A stretch of DNA of 64,000 nucleotides from Myxococcales bacterium (GCA_023248635.1 JAHFED010000015.1:25177-89176); one strand, 5' to 3'; shown: positions 1-9,582, numbered from the stretch's first letter. Notes: generated by a model from the sequence alone, not told the origin. Numbers and translations: made by a program.

Positions 1-209
1 GCGTGCGCCACGCCGTCGCCACTCTTTCGGCCGAGCAGCGCGCCGTCGTCGACCTCGCCTATTTCGCCGGCCTCTCGACCCTCGAAATCGGCGAGCAACT
101 CGGCATCCCCCAAGGCACGGTGAAGTCCCGCCTCTTTGCCGCCCGCGAAAAGCTCGCGCCCGCGCTGCGCGACGTCGACACGCCCCTGAAACCGGGGGGG
201 GCGCCGTGA
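1..209 (+). CDS. ECF sigma-70 factor, C-terminal region 4 (5' end outside the window)
   Basis: LSAEQRAVVDLAYFAGLSTLEIGEQLGIPQGTVKSRLFAAR is a typical sigma region 4.2 HTH; GTGA overlap with the cupin gene. Confidence 0.9.
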   Translation, partial: VRHAVATLSAEQRAVVDLAYFAGLSTLEIGEQLGIPQGTVKSRLFAAREKLAPALRDVDTPLKPGGAP

Positions 210-745
210 CCCAGGACCGCGACGACGTCGACGTCGACGTCGACCTGCTGGTGTTGCTGGTCGACCCGGTCGCTCCCCGGCCGCAGACGAAGCAGGCATT
301 GCTACAGGCCCTCGCAGGCCCCTGGTACGCCCCCTTCGTGCGCCGCGTGGCGGAGCTCTGTGAGATCCCGGCCGCCGCCGCCGAGCAGCTCCTGGCTGCC
401 GTCGACGACATCAGCCGGTGGGTGCCGGGTCCAGCCTCGGGCGTGCAAGCCTTCCACATCGACGCCGGAGCCGGGCTGGAGGACGCCGTCGTCGGCCTCA
501 TTCGCATCGCGCCCTTGGCTCTTTTCCCCGCCCACGAGCACATCGGCGCCGAAGACGCGTTGGTTTTGCAGGGGGGCTTCAGGGCCGGCGACGTCGACGT
601 GCGCGCGGGCTGCGAGCTGCTGATGCCAGCGGGATCGCAGCACGAGCTCCGGGCCCTCGCCGAAGGATGCCTCTATCTCGGCGTCGTCAGAGGAGGCCTG
701 CGCTTCGCCGACGTCGTCGTCGGCCCCGAGGATCCGCGCTTCTGA
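206..745 (+). CDS. ChrR-like cupin domain protein, putative anti-sigma factor
   Basis: Cupin motifs FPAHEHIGAEDALVLQGGF and MPAGSQH; translationally coupled to the ECF sigma gene. Confidence 0.75.
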   Translation: MTQDRDDVDVDVDLLVLLVDPVAPRPQTKQALLQALAGPWYAPFVRRVAELCEIPAAAAEQLLAAVDDISRWVPGPASGVQAFHIDAGAGLEDAVVGLIRIAPLALFPAHEHIGAEDALVLQGGFRAGDVDVRAGCELLMPAGSQHELRALAEGCLYLGVVRGGLRFADVVVGPEDPRF

Positions 746-800
746 TCCCGCATCCCCTTGATGTCCGATCGCGGCTGCGGCGTTGTCGCCACGATGGCGG

Positions 801-1085
801 CTACTTCTTCTCGGGGACGAAGTCGGGTGGCGCCTGGCTGCCGTCGCCGAAAAAGAACTGCTCGCACTGCTGCTTCAAGAGGGTGCGCGCCGACTTGTCG
901 CTGAGGTCGATGCGGTATTCATTCATCAGCATCTTCTGGTGCTCGAGCCAGAGGCCCCAGCCCTCTTCGGAGACCTGCTCAAACAAGCGCTTGCCGAGGT
1001 CGCCGGGGAAAGGCGCCTTCTCGAGGCCAGCGGCTTCCTTCTTCAGCTTCACACAAGAGACCAGGCGCGTCGTCGTCATGGCCAT
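801..1085 (-). CDS. yggX: Fe(II)-trafficking / oxidative damage protection protein (YggX family)
   Basis: RLVSCVKLKKEAAGL..PFPGDLGKRLFEQVSEEGW..WLEHQKMLMNEYRIDL..FFFG signature. Confidence 0.92.
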   Translation of the reverse strand: MAMTTTRLVSCVKLKKEAAGLEKAPFPGDLGKRLFEQVSEEGWGLWLEHQKMLMNEYRIDLSDKSARTLLKQQCEQFFFGDGSQAPPDFVPEKK

Positions 1086-1139
1086 GGTCTAGTGCACTCC
1101 CGGCGCGGAGCAAGTCCCTGCTGGCGTCGACGAATTCAA

Positions 1140-1174
1140 CACTAAAAAGAGGGCCAAAGGCCCTCTTTTTAGTG
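1140..1174. terminator. Rho-independent terminator after rpsD (symmetrical, potentially bidirectional)
   Basis: Perfect inverted repeat CACTAAAAAGAGGGCC-AAA-GGCCCTCTTTTTAGTG just 3' of the rpsD stop. Confidence 0.85.
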
Positions 1175-1191
1175 TCAAAGTGATGCCGAGA

Positions 1192-1806
1192 TCACTTGCC
1201 GGAGTAGTACTCAACGATCAACTGAGGATCAACATCAACAGGGACAGAATCTCGTTCGGGGATCATCTTGACGTTGACGACGCCGCCGTCGCTGACCTCG
1301 AGATAATCCGGAACTTTGAGATTGTTGGGATCCTTGATTGCCTCGGCAATCTTCGCCTTCATTTTGCTGGTTTCACGCAAGGTGATGACATTGCCGGCTC
1401 GCACCTGGAAGCTGGCAATGTCGACCTTCTTGCCGTTCACGGTGACGTGACCGTGCATCACGATCTGACGGGCCGCAGCCATCGAGGGCGCAAAGCCGGC
1501 GCGAAAGACGACGTTGTCGAGGCGGCGCTCGAGGAGCGAGAGGAGCATGTGGCCGGAGTTGCCCTTGCCGGCGAAGGCCTGGGCGACGTAGCGGCGCAGC
1601 TGGCGCTCGGAGAGGCCGTAGTGGAAGCGCAGCTTCTGCTTCTCCATCAGGCGCAGGGCGTAGTCCGAGAGCTTCTTGCGCTTGGTGGGGCCGTGCTGCC
1701 CGGGTGGGTAGGGGCGGCGCAGATCGGGATCGGTGCGCATCAAGCCCGGCAGGGGGGTGCCGAGGCGGCGGATGATTCTCAGTCGCGGACCAGTGTAGCG
1801 AGCCAT
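1192..1806 (-). CDS. rpsD: 30S ribosomal protein S4, stand-alone copy lacking Zn-ligand cysteines
   Basis: MARYTGPRLRIIRRLG, PPGQHG, LMEKQKLRFHYG, LERRLDNVVFRAGFA, IVEYYS. Confidence 0.97.
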   Translation of the reverse strand: MARYTGPRLRIIRRLGTPLPGLMRTDPDLRRPYPPGQHGPTKRKKLSDYALRLMEKQKLRFHYGLSERQLRRYVAQAFAGKGNSGHMLLSLLERRLDNVVFRAGFAPSMAAARQIVMHGHVTVNGKKVDIASFQVRAGNVITLRETSKMKAKIAEAIKDPNNLKVPDYLEVSDGGVVNVKMIPERDSVPVDVDPQLIVEYYSGK

Positions 1807-2006
1807 GAAACAGTTCCTTCGTCGTCGCTGTCGCCGTGGACCTTTGAAAAACTCGCTCCAACCGGAGCCAGCGGACCAGCGGCTTGTCTGGGGACAGCCA
1901 TCAAGACCCCGCAGCCGTAGCCAAACGTCGACGAGGGATCAACGCCTCATTGCTCAGGCGGCCAAATCCCAGTGACGTCGTCGCCCCCCCGTGTCATGCA
2001 GAAACG

Positions 2007-2732
2007 ATGAACGACGTCATCCACGTCCACGTCGCCGAGGCCGCCCAGGGTGTGGCGCCGTCGCTGTTTACGACCATCACCCACTCGGGGCCCGTCGCCT
2101 TCTTGGTCTTGCTGCTGCTGGTCGGCTTTTCCGTCGCCAGCTGGGCCATCATCATCGTGAAGTTCATGGCCATCCGCACCTCGCAGAACAGCTCCGTCGA
2201 GTTCCTCGAGCACTTCTGGCAGTCCAAGCGCCTCGACGAGATCTTCGCCCGCACCGAGCAGTCGCCGGCGTCGCCGCTCGCTCAGGTCTTTCGCGCGGGC
2301 TATCAGGAGCTCGTCAAGGTCAAGCAGCGAGAAGCCGCGGCGGCCGAAAAGGGCAAAGACCAGATCGGTGGCGGCGTCGAAAACGTCGAACGCGCCCTGC
2401 GCCGCGCTGCCCTCGCTGAGATGACCGAGCTTGAGCGCTTGATTCCCTTTTTGGCCACCGTCGGCAGCACCGCGCCCTTCATTGGCCTCTTTGGCACCGT
2501 CGTCGGCATCATGAAGAGCTTTGGCGAGATCGGCGCCAAAGGGTCGGCCAACCTCGCCACCGTCGCCCCCGGCATCGCCGAAGCCCTCATCGCCACCGCC
2601 GCCGGCCTGCTCGCCGCCATCCCCGCCGTCATCGCCTTCAACTCCTTTGGCAGTCGCATCAAGGTGCTGGGCGCCGAGATGGAGTCTTTCAGTAGTGACT
2701 TCATGAACATCGTACGACGCCACTTCTTTTAG
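2007..2732 (+). CDS. tolQ: TolQ/MotA/ExbB proton-channel protein
   Basis: FLATVGSTAPFIGLFGTVVGIM and APGIAEALIATAAGL.AAIPA; start placed at ATG 2007. Confidence 0.88.
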   Translation: MNDVIHVHVAEAAQGVAPSLFTTITHSGPVAFLVLLLLVGFSVASWAIIIVKFMAIRTSQNSSVEFLEHFWQSKRLDEIFARTEQSPASPLAQVFRAGYQELVKVKQREAAAAEKGKDQIGGGVENVERALRRAALAEMTELERLIPFLATVGSTAPFIGLFGTVVGIMKSFGEIGAKGSANLATVAPGIAEALIATAAGLLAAIPAVIAFNSFGSRIKVLGAEMESFSSDFMNIVRRHFF

Positions 2733-2811
2733 AGCCTTACGCTCGTCTCAGCCGCCATCGAGACCAAAGCAAGAACGCATCAATCCATATAAACACCGCA
2801 TTGGTTGAGCG

Positions 2812-3231
2812 ATGAACCAGAAACTCATGTACGTTGAGCGCAAGAGTGGCGGCCATCGCGGCTGCGCATGGATCGGTTTGGTGTCCTTCTCGAGGACCGG
2901 CGCCACGCTCTTCTTCAACGGGCGCGCCCATCGAAGCCTCAAGGGGTCAGGAATCTCTGGAAACTACGCCGACATTGAGACTGGTGAAGAGTTCTGGATC
3001 TCGGGCGTGAAGAAGCGCGGCACGAACCGACACCAGTTTGGTGGCGGCGCCGTCTTCGTCGATCGCGCTGCGGTATCTGCGTTGCTCCAGAAGCTGGCAA
3101 CGTCGGCACTCGACCCTGCGTCGTTCGTCGTTTCCGATGCAGAGGATACCACCGCGAGACGGATTTCACTCCACCACAAGGAGAACGAGCCGATCACCCA
3201 GAAGCGCCGATCAAAACCCGTACAGCGCTAA
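2812..3231 (+). CDS. Conserved hypothetical protein (lower-GC gene)
   Basis: Globular-looking ORF (AWIGLVSFSRTGATLFF..GNYADIETGEEFWISGVKK) with atypical codon usage. Confidence 0.65.
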   Translation: MNQKLMYVERKSGGHRGCAWIGLVSFSRTGATLFFNGRAHRSLKGSGISGNYADIETGEEFWISGVKKRGTNRHQFGGGAVFVDRAAVSALLQKLATSALDPASFVVSDAEDTTARRISLHHKENEPITQKRRSKPVQR

Positions 3232-3313
3232 GACTTTAGAACAAAAAGTCCATCGAAGACAGTCTGTCTACAGACTTATAATTATCACGTCGTCTCGACC
3301 TGAATCGCGAGAG

Positions 3314-5932
3314 TTACCGTGGACTCGAACTGACGATGGGCTGGGCATGCTTGTCGAAGCGCAGCATCCGATCGTCGAGCAGCAGGGTGATGACGTCGAC
3401 GCGATCCTTGGGAAAGGCCATGGTCGCGACGCGGGCGGCGATGGTGGCGTCGTCGAGCTGGTTGTAATGACCATTGTTGCGCAGGTCGAGGTGCACGATG
3501 CCCTTCATGCCCGCTGGCGCGCCGCTGACGGGTCCGCTCGAGCCGTCGAAGCCCTTGAGCTGTTCGGCTGCTTTCTTCAGCGCCGGCGCCAGGTGGCGCG
3601 AGAGCACGCGCTTGTGTTGGTAGACGACGCCCTCGCTCAGATCGATGAGGTCACCGAGGCCCTGGGCGTGCTCTTCGACGGCGATCTTGTGACCCGCCGA
3701 GACCAGGTCCCAAGCGTCGCCGAGCATTGTGCAGTAGCCGTCGCCGGGCCCGCCGGGGGCTGCGATGCCCTGCAGCCAGGACTTGAGCGCATCGGGATTC
3801 TGCAGGTGTTTCGACGTCGCCAGCTCCGTGAAGCGTTCGAACACGACCTCTTGTTTAGGAGCCCAGCGGGCGGCGATGGCCAAGGCGTGGGCGCCGATGT
3901 TCTGGTACGCCGCCACCGGCGCACAGGCCCACAAGAAGCGAAAGGCCTGCGGTCCGGCGCCGTCGCGGACGAGGGCGGCGACGACGTCGGCGCCCACGCC
4001 GTGATCGAGGGCCCAGGCCACGTGGCGCAGATCGATGCCCCGGCCCTCGAGGACGCCGACGAGAGAGGGGTGCGCGCTCTTCAGCTCTTGCACGACGAAG
4101 GCGCGCGAGAGGGCGGGGTCGTGATCGATGCCCTTGCCGACGACGTTGCCGCCGCGGGGCGCGCCCTGCAGCCAACCTGCGAGCTGCTGCCCGGGGGGAT
4201 TCAACATCGTCGTCTTGTCGCCCTCAAAGAGCACCGGAGCGACGCTGCCAGCAGGGGTGGGGTCGACGTCGACGTGCTGCTGCGACGACGGCTTCGACAG
4301 CGCGGGTTGCAGCGCCCGCAGCGCCTCGGCGGGGTCGTCGGTGATGACCACCAGGTCGAGGTCTTCGGGGCTGATGGTGCGGCGCTCGGGGGCGAGCATC
4401 TTTTCCTTCAGCGCCGCAAAGATGGGGCCCCAATAGTCCTTGCCGATGAGGACGACGGGGATCTTGGGCAGGTGCCCGGTCTGCATTTGCGTGAGCACGG
4501 AGAAGACTTCGCCCAGGGTGTTGAGGCCGCCGGGGAGGGCGACGAAGGCCTGGCTGCGACGTCCCACGATCTCTTTGTGGGTGATCAGCTCGTCGACGCA
4601 TTGGTGCGTCTGCAGGTTGGGCAGATCCCGGGTGCCCTGCACCGCGCCGTGCAGCACGCCTTGAACGAGAGTGTCTTTGTCGGCGGCGGCGGCTCCATCG
4701 CAGACGGCAGCGGCGACGACGCCGGCGGAGCCCACGCGCAGGGGGATGCCCGCCTTCACCAATGAGCTCGCGAGCTCCTGGGCCACGCCCAAGGTGGGAT
4801 CGGCGTCGTCGAGGCGGCGTCCTCCCAGGAAGGTCACCGCGGGCGGCAGCCGATCGAGCACGTTGATGGACTCTTCGATCTCCTTGGCGAGTCTCTTGGC
4901 GCGGTCCAGCGGCGGACGCTCGAAGGCCAGGGTGGCAGAGGCGGCGTCGAAGTGCTGCAGCAAGGCCTTGGGATCGTCGGTGACCTTGAGCTTCTTCCAC
5001 TCGGCGGCGGGGATGAGCGCTCGGCCGCGCACAGCGACCTGCTCGATGGGATCGAGGATGGCCCGCCAGAAGTCGACGCCGACGGCGGCCAGGGGTTTGT
5101 GGAAGCGCCCCCCTTCGCCCAGGGCCATCACCTCGAACAGCTCATCGAGGGTGCCGACGCCGCCGGGAAACACCGCCACGCCCGCGCAGTTTTCGTAGAG
5201 CGCGAGCTTGCGGTAGGGAAAGAGCTTGGCCTCGGCGCCGACGTCGATGACCTCGCTCCACTCCTGCTCGAAGGGCAGGCGCACGCGAAAGCCCTGCGTC
5301 TGCTGGGCACAGGCCATGCCGGCGACCAGGGGGTGCAACGCCAGCTTCGCCGCCAACGCCGTCGCCGGAGCTGGCGCAGCGCTGAGCGCTGGCGGGGTGC
5401 TCGGGGCTGGCGAAGCGCTCGTCGGCCGGGTCGGGAGGTGCTGAAGCGCCTTTTTGTAGCCCTCGGGGCCGGCGGTCATGATGCCGGGCCCCGCACCGGT
5501 GCGCAGGGACTTTCCCTGGGTCGCAAGCAGCGCGCCGATCTGTTGGCTGATGGTGAAGTAGGGATCGGTGGGCTGGATGCGCGCGCCGCCGAAGAAGGTC
5601 ACCGCCGGCGGCAACTTCACCAAGAGCTCGAAGACGATCTGAATGTCGCTCAGCAGGGCCTCGCGCAGTTGCGAGGACTGCCAGGTGCGCAAGTCGAGGG
5701 CCGCACGCTTGCCAGGCTGCGGCTGGTACGCCGTCGACGAGGGCGAGGTCAGGGCGTGGGCGTCGAAGCGTTTGCCACTTCCGCTCACCGCATCGAGGCC
5801 CCCGCCGCTCGTCGGAGCGGGCCCAACGCTCGTCGTCGTCGGCGCCGCCGAATCAGCCGCCGGAGGTGGCGACGCAATCGTCGCACTCTTAGCCGGCCCT
5901 GGAATCACGACCTCGGAGCGAATCTTCACCAC
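3314..5932 (-). CDS. Tandem LOG/SLOG (TIGR00730-like) domain protein with putative C-terminal restriction-endonuclease-like domain
   Basis: Two copies of AVTF(F/L)GG.R; PGGVGTLDELFE in domain 1 and PGGLNTLGEVF in domain 2; C-terminal GDLIDLSEGVVYQHK..KAAEQLKG; start uncertain (GTG 5932/5929 or TTG 5947). Confidence 0.8.
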   Translation of the reverse strand: MVKIRSEVVIPGPAKSATIASPPPAADSAAPTTTSVGPAPTSGGGLDAVSGSGKRFDAHALTSPSSTAYQPQPGKRAALDLRTWQSSQLREALLSDIQIVFELLVKLPPAVTFFGGARIQPTDPYFTISQQIGALLATQGKSLRTGAGPGIMTAGPEGYKKALQHLPTRPTSASPAPSTPPALSAAPAPATALAAKLALHPLVAGMACAQQTQGFRVRLPFEQEWSEVIDVGAEAKLFPYRKLALYENCAGVAVFPGGVGTLDELFEVMALGEGGRFHKPLAAVGVDFWRAILDPIEQVAVRGRALIPAAEWKKLKVTDDPKALLQHFDAASATLAFERPPLDRAKRLAKEIEESINVLDRLPPAVTFLGGRRLDDADPTLGVAQELASSLVKAGIPLRVGSAGVVAAAVCDGAAAADKDTLVQGVLHGAVQGTRDLPNLQTHQCVDELITHKEIVGRRSQAFVALPGGLNTLGEVFSVLTQMQTGHLPKIPVVLIGKDYWGPIFAALKEKMLAPERRTISPEDLDLVVITDDPAEALRALQPALSKPSSQQHVDVDPTPAGSVAPVLFEGDKTTMLNPPGQQLAGWLQGAPRGGNVVGKGIDHDPALSRAFVVQELKSAHPSLVGVLEGRGIDLRHVAWALDHGVGADVVAALVRDGAGPQAFRFLWACAPVAAYQNIGAHALAIAARWAPKQEVVFERFTELATSKHLQNPDALKSWLQGIAAPGGPGDGYCTMLGDAWDLVSAGHKIAVEEHAQGLGDLIDLSEGVVYQHKRVLSRHLAPALKKAAEQLKGFDGSSGPVSGAPAGMKGIVHLDLRNNGHYNQLDDATIAARVATMAFPKDRVDVITLLLDDRMLRFDKHAQPIVSSSPR

Positions 5933-6030
5933 CCAAGTATCCGCCAACTGGGCTCTTTGGCGCAGCGAAACCCCGACGCGGTCATCGCACAGGGCTGGGC
6001 GCTCGACGACGGACCCGCTACACCGCTGTC

Positions 6031-6561
6031 ATGCTCGCGCTCGTCGTCCTCGTTGTGGCCAATCTCGGGCTGCCGGCCGCGAGGCCCAACGTCGCCCTGC
6101 CCCACACCCGCCTCGACGTCGTCGCCTTCTCCGACGACGGCACCTTTGCGCTGCTCGAAGAGACAACGCGCATTGGTCCGACCCTGCAGCAGACCTTCCT
6201 GATCGTCGATCAAAACGGCACCTCCGAGCGCCTTCCCGTGTCTTTGCGCTTCGCGGGCCTCGGCCGCGACGGTGTCGACCATGAGGTATGCACAGCGAGC
6301 GCCGAACGTCTGGCGTCGATGGCCAAGGATCTGCGCGGGGTCTCGGTGCGCATTGGGCTGTGTGGGTCGATGCGGCGCGACATCGTCGACGTCATGGGTG
6401 CGCCGCGTCCAGCGCTCCTGTCGAAGAAGACGGCGGCCTTTCACCAGCAGGTTGGCTTCGCGGGACGGGTGTTTTTGGCGCCCACAGGGCCCTTGGTGCT
6501 GGTCGTCGGTGTCGACGAGCTCGGCAACGACCGCCTCGGAACCGCGGTGCAGGACGACTAG
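6031..6561 (+). CDS. Hypothetical exported protein
   Basis: Hydrophobic N-terminal signal-like segment; co-oriented with the DUF1178 gene, 4-nt gap. Confidence 0.6.
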   Translation: MLALVVLVVANLGLPAARPNVALPHTRLDVVAFSDDGTFALLEETTRIGPTLQQTFLIVDQNGTSERLPVSLRFAGLGRDGVDHEVCTASAERLASMAKDLRGVSVRIGLCGSMRRDIVDVMGAPRPALLSKKTAAFHQQVGFAGRVFLAPTGPLVLVVGVDELGNDRLGTAVQDD

Positions 6562-6565
6562 ACCC

Positions 6566-7021
6566 ATGTTCATCGTCGATCTTATCTGCGGTGCTGGCCA
6601 CCTCTTTGAGGGCTGGTACGACAACAAAGACGCCTTCGACGACGCTCGTGAGGCAGCAGCTCTCAGTTGTCCGCTTTGCAGCGACGCCAACGTCGAACAG
6701 CGCCCCAGTTTCCGCGGCATCGTCCGCCGCGCGCCCGCCCCGAAGCGCCCTGCAGACACGCCCAGCGCCGTGTCAGCGACGCCGACGCCGACGCCGTTGT
6801 CCCTGGAGCTGCAACGGAAACTGTCGGCGCTGCTGAAGCTGGTGAAAGCCCACACCCAAGACGCCGGCGACGCCTTCGCCACCCGCGCCCTCGCCATGCA
6901 CAAGGGCGACGCGGAGCCTGTCCCCATCCACGGCACCTCGACGCCGGAGGAGCAGCAGACCTTGCGCGACGAAGGTGTGCCCTTCGGGCTCATCCCGGTG
7001 CCCGACATCGATCAGAACTGA
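6566..7021 (+). CDS. DUF1178 family protein
   Basis: MFIVDLICGAGHLFEGWY..CPLC..GDAFA..ALAMH.G..IHG..LRDEGV. Confidence 0.85.
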   Translation: MFIVDLICGAGHLFEGWYDNKDAFDDAREAAALSCPLCSDANVEQRPSFRGIVRRAPAPKRPADTPSAVSATPTPTPLSLELQRKLSALLKLVKAHTQDAGDAFATRALAMHKGDAEPVPIHGTSTPEEQQTLRDEGVPFGLIPVPDIDQN

Positions 7022-7056
7022 TCGGGAGACGCGGCGGCGACGACGATCTCAAGGCG

Positions 7057-8514
7057 TCAGCTGCAGAGTTGCTCGTAGAGCTCGACGTAGCGGCCCACGC
7101 GGTGCTTCCATCCCAATGGCAGACCCATGCCGTTGCGCTGGATGGTGCGCCAACGCGCGCGATCGGCGCCCGTGCCGCTGCCCCAGACCTCGAGCGCGCG
7201 GCGCAGCGCCCAGCTCAGGCCAGCGTCGTCGAAGTGCTCAAAGACGAAGCCCGTGCCCTGCTGGGTCTTGGCGTCGAAATTCCACACGGTGTCGGCGAGG
7301 CCACCGGTCTTGTGCACCACCGGCACCGTGCCGTAGCGCAAGCTGTACATCTGGTTGAGACCGCAGGGCTCGTAGCGCGAGGGCATCAAGAACAAGTCGG
7401 CGCCGGCTTCGATGAGATGGGCGCGAGCCTCGTTGAAGGCCGAGTCGTAAGCGACCTTGTGGGGGAAGGCCATCGCGAGGGTGCGAAAGAACTCCTCGTA
7501 AGCAGGCTCGCCTTTGCCGAGGACAACGAGCTGGCAGCGCTGGTGCCGCAAGAGCGAGGGCAACACGCGCACGCAGAGGTCGAGGCCCTTTTGCCAGACC
7601 AAGCGCGACACCAATCCAAAGACGGGAACCTCGGGCCGGTAGGGCAGGCGCACCGACGCCATCAGCGCTTGCTTGCACACCTCTTTGCCGTCGAGGTCGT
7701 CGGCGGAGAAGGCCTGGGGGATGTGATGGTCGGCGGCGGGGTTCCACTCGTTTTCGTCGATGCCGTTGAGGATGCCCGTCAACACATCCCGGCGCGCGCG
7801 CAGCACGGGATCGAGGCGCAGTCCCTGCTCGGGGGTCTGGATTTCTTTGGCGTAGGTGGGGCTGACGGTGGTGATGGCGTCGGCGTGCAGCAGCCCCGTC
7901 AGCAGATAGCCGAGGCGGCCCGCGCGCAGCTCGTCTTGGTGAAAGAGATGGGCCGAATCCCCCAGGCCAGTCTCAGGCAACACCTCGGCCGGGAAGGTCC
8001 CCTGGTGTCCCAGGTTGTGCAGCGTGATCACGGTCTTGGTGCGCGCGAACAAGCGATCCCAGGCGAAGCGCGTCTTCAGCAGCAGCGGCACCAGCGCCGT
8101 CTGCCAATCGTTGACGTGCAGGATGTCTGGGGAAAAGCCGGTGTGCTGGCAGGCCTTGAACGCAGCCCAAGACAGAACCGCAAAGCGCAGATGTTCGTCG
8201 GGGGAAGAGCCGTAGAGCGAAGGTCGGTCAAAGAGAGGCGGACAACGCACGAAGTACACGGGCATGCGCGTGCCCGGCATAGGTGCGGTGTGCAGCGACA
8301 CGCGCACGGTGTGACGACCCAAGGACAGCGCGACGTCGTCGGCGACCTCGCTGAACACCACGCCGGGCAGCCGCACGCGCGGGTACATCGGCATCACCAC
8401 CCTGACGTCGTGACCCAAAGCACCGAGCTGACGGGGCAGGGCGGCGGAGACGTCACCGAGACCTCCGCTCTTGGCGAAGGGTGCGACTTCGGACGAGACA
8501 AAAAGCACGTTCAT
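7057..8514 (-). CDS. glgA: Glycogen synthase
   Basis: SSEVAPFAKSGGLGDV, HVNDWQ, GILNGID, MPSRYEPCGLNQMYSLRYG, TGGLADTV. Confidence 0.96.
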   Translation of the reverse strand: MNVLFVSSEVAPFAKSGGLGDVSAALPRQLGALGHDVRVVMPMYPRVRLPGVVFSEVADDVALSLGRHTVRVSLHTAPMPGTRMPVYFVRCPPLFDRPSLYGSSPDEHLRFAVLSWAAFKACQHTGFSPDILHVNDWQTALVPLLLKTRFAWDRLFARTKTVITLHNLGHQGTFPAEVLPETGLGDSAHLFHQDELRAGRLGYLLTGLLHADAITTVSPTYAKEIQTPEQGLRLDPVLRARRDVLTGILNGIDENEWNPAADHHIPQAFSADDLDGKEVCKQALMASVRLPYRPEVPVFGLVSRLVWQKGLDLCVRVLPSLLRHQRCQLVVLGKGEPAYEEFFRTLAMAFPHKVAYDSAFNEARAHLIEAGADLFLMPSRYEPCGLNQMYSLRYGTVPVVHKTGGLADTVWNFDAKTQQGTGFVFEHFDDAGLSWALRRALEVWGSGTGADRARWRTIQRNGMGLPLGWKHRVGRYVELYEQLCS

Positions 8515-8576
8515 CGGTCCGCACGATAGCGGGGGAAAACGACAAGAGTGTGTCGATCGCGAACCAATGTTCGCCG

Positions 8577-9047
8577 TCAGACGATCGGCATGCAGTCCAA
8601 GATGGCCTCCTCGAGCTGGTCGACGTCGACGGGCTTGTCGAAGAAGCGGGTGCGTGGAACGCGGGCGATGCGGGCCCGCAGCGCCGGGTCTCCGAAGGCC
8701 GAGATCATGATGATCGGCGTCAGCATGCCGGCGTTGCGCAGGCCGACGACGACGTTGAGCGTGTTGAAGCCCGGCATGCGCACGTCAGTGACGATGACGT
8801 CGGGGGCGCTGCCCGGTTTGGCCACCATGCTGTCGGCGAGCACCTCGAGCAGCTCGAAGCCGTTGCGCACCGTCGAGACCACGAAGCCGTCGCGCTCAAA
8901 GAGGGCAGCCAAAGAAGAGCGCAGGTCGTCGTCGTCTTCGGCGAGCAAGACCCGCGGTCGGTGGCTGGGCCATGTGTCCAGATGGAGGCAGCCTTCGTCG
9001 TCGTCGACGGGGGGATCGAGGGGGATGGACGAGTGGTGGCGTTGCAT
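8577..9047 (-). CDS. Single-domain response regulator receiver
   Basis: VLLAEDDDDLR..DVIVTDVRMPG..IMISAFG..FFDKPVD. Confidence 0.88.
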   Translation of the reverse strand: MQRHHSSIPLDPPVDDDEGCLHLDTWPSHRPRVLLAEDDDDLRSSLAALFERDGFVVSTVRNGFELLEVLADSMVAKPGSAPDVIVTDVRMPGFNTLNVVVGLRNAGMLTPIIMISAFGDPALRARIARVPRTRFFDKPVDVDQLEEAILDCMPIV

Positions 9048-9204
9048 GTTGACGCTCCTGTGGTGGTGGCGTCATCGTCGACTCAAGGCCCGTGCCGCGC
9101 TCAGCCCTCTTCGGGGTCGGCGCGCTGCTGTTGACGTCGATGGAGACGCAATCGGTGCGCGCAGGCCGCCGGAGAAGCGCAACATCTGCGGATCGTGGGG
9201 CCGC

Positions 9205-9582
9205 TCACGGCAGAGGGGTTGTGGGCGCCCATTGCCGCACCAGGGCGAGGAGGTCGTCGATGTCGACGGGCTTGCGCAACCAACCAGCAGCGCCCAGCCG
9301 CGGTGCCACCTGGGCGACGTCGGCGCCGGCGGACAAGATGATGACGGGGATCGACGCCCACGGCGAGGCGCGCAGCGCCTGCAGCAGCCGCGCACCGCCC
9401 ATCACCGGCATCACCAAGTCCACGACCAGCAAGGCGGGCAGGATCGCCGTCGTCGCCAACGTCGACAGCGCCTGCTCTCCATGGGCGGCCGTGATCGTTG
9501 GGTGACCGTGCTCCTCGAGCACCCAGGCCAGGCTTTCACGGCAGTCGCTGTCGTCTTCGACGATCATCACCGACGAGGGCAT
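9205..9582 (-). CDS. Single-domain response regulator receiver
   Basis: VMIVEDD..LLVVDLVMPVMGG..IILSA..LRKPVD; start set at ATG 9582 after a purine-rich GGGGA site. Confidence 0.88.
   Translation of the reverse strand: MPSSVMIVEDDSDCRESLAWVLEEHGHPTITAAHGEQALSTLATTAILPALLVVDLVMPVMGGARLLQALRASPWASIPVIILSAGADVAQVAPRLGAAGWLRKPVDIDDLLALVRQWAPTTPLP

Noticed and set aside
1938-1954. Possible Zur/Fur box upstream of rpsD
   Set aside because: Only a weak, imperfect palindrome; not supportable.
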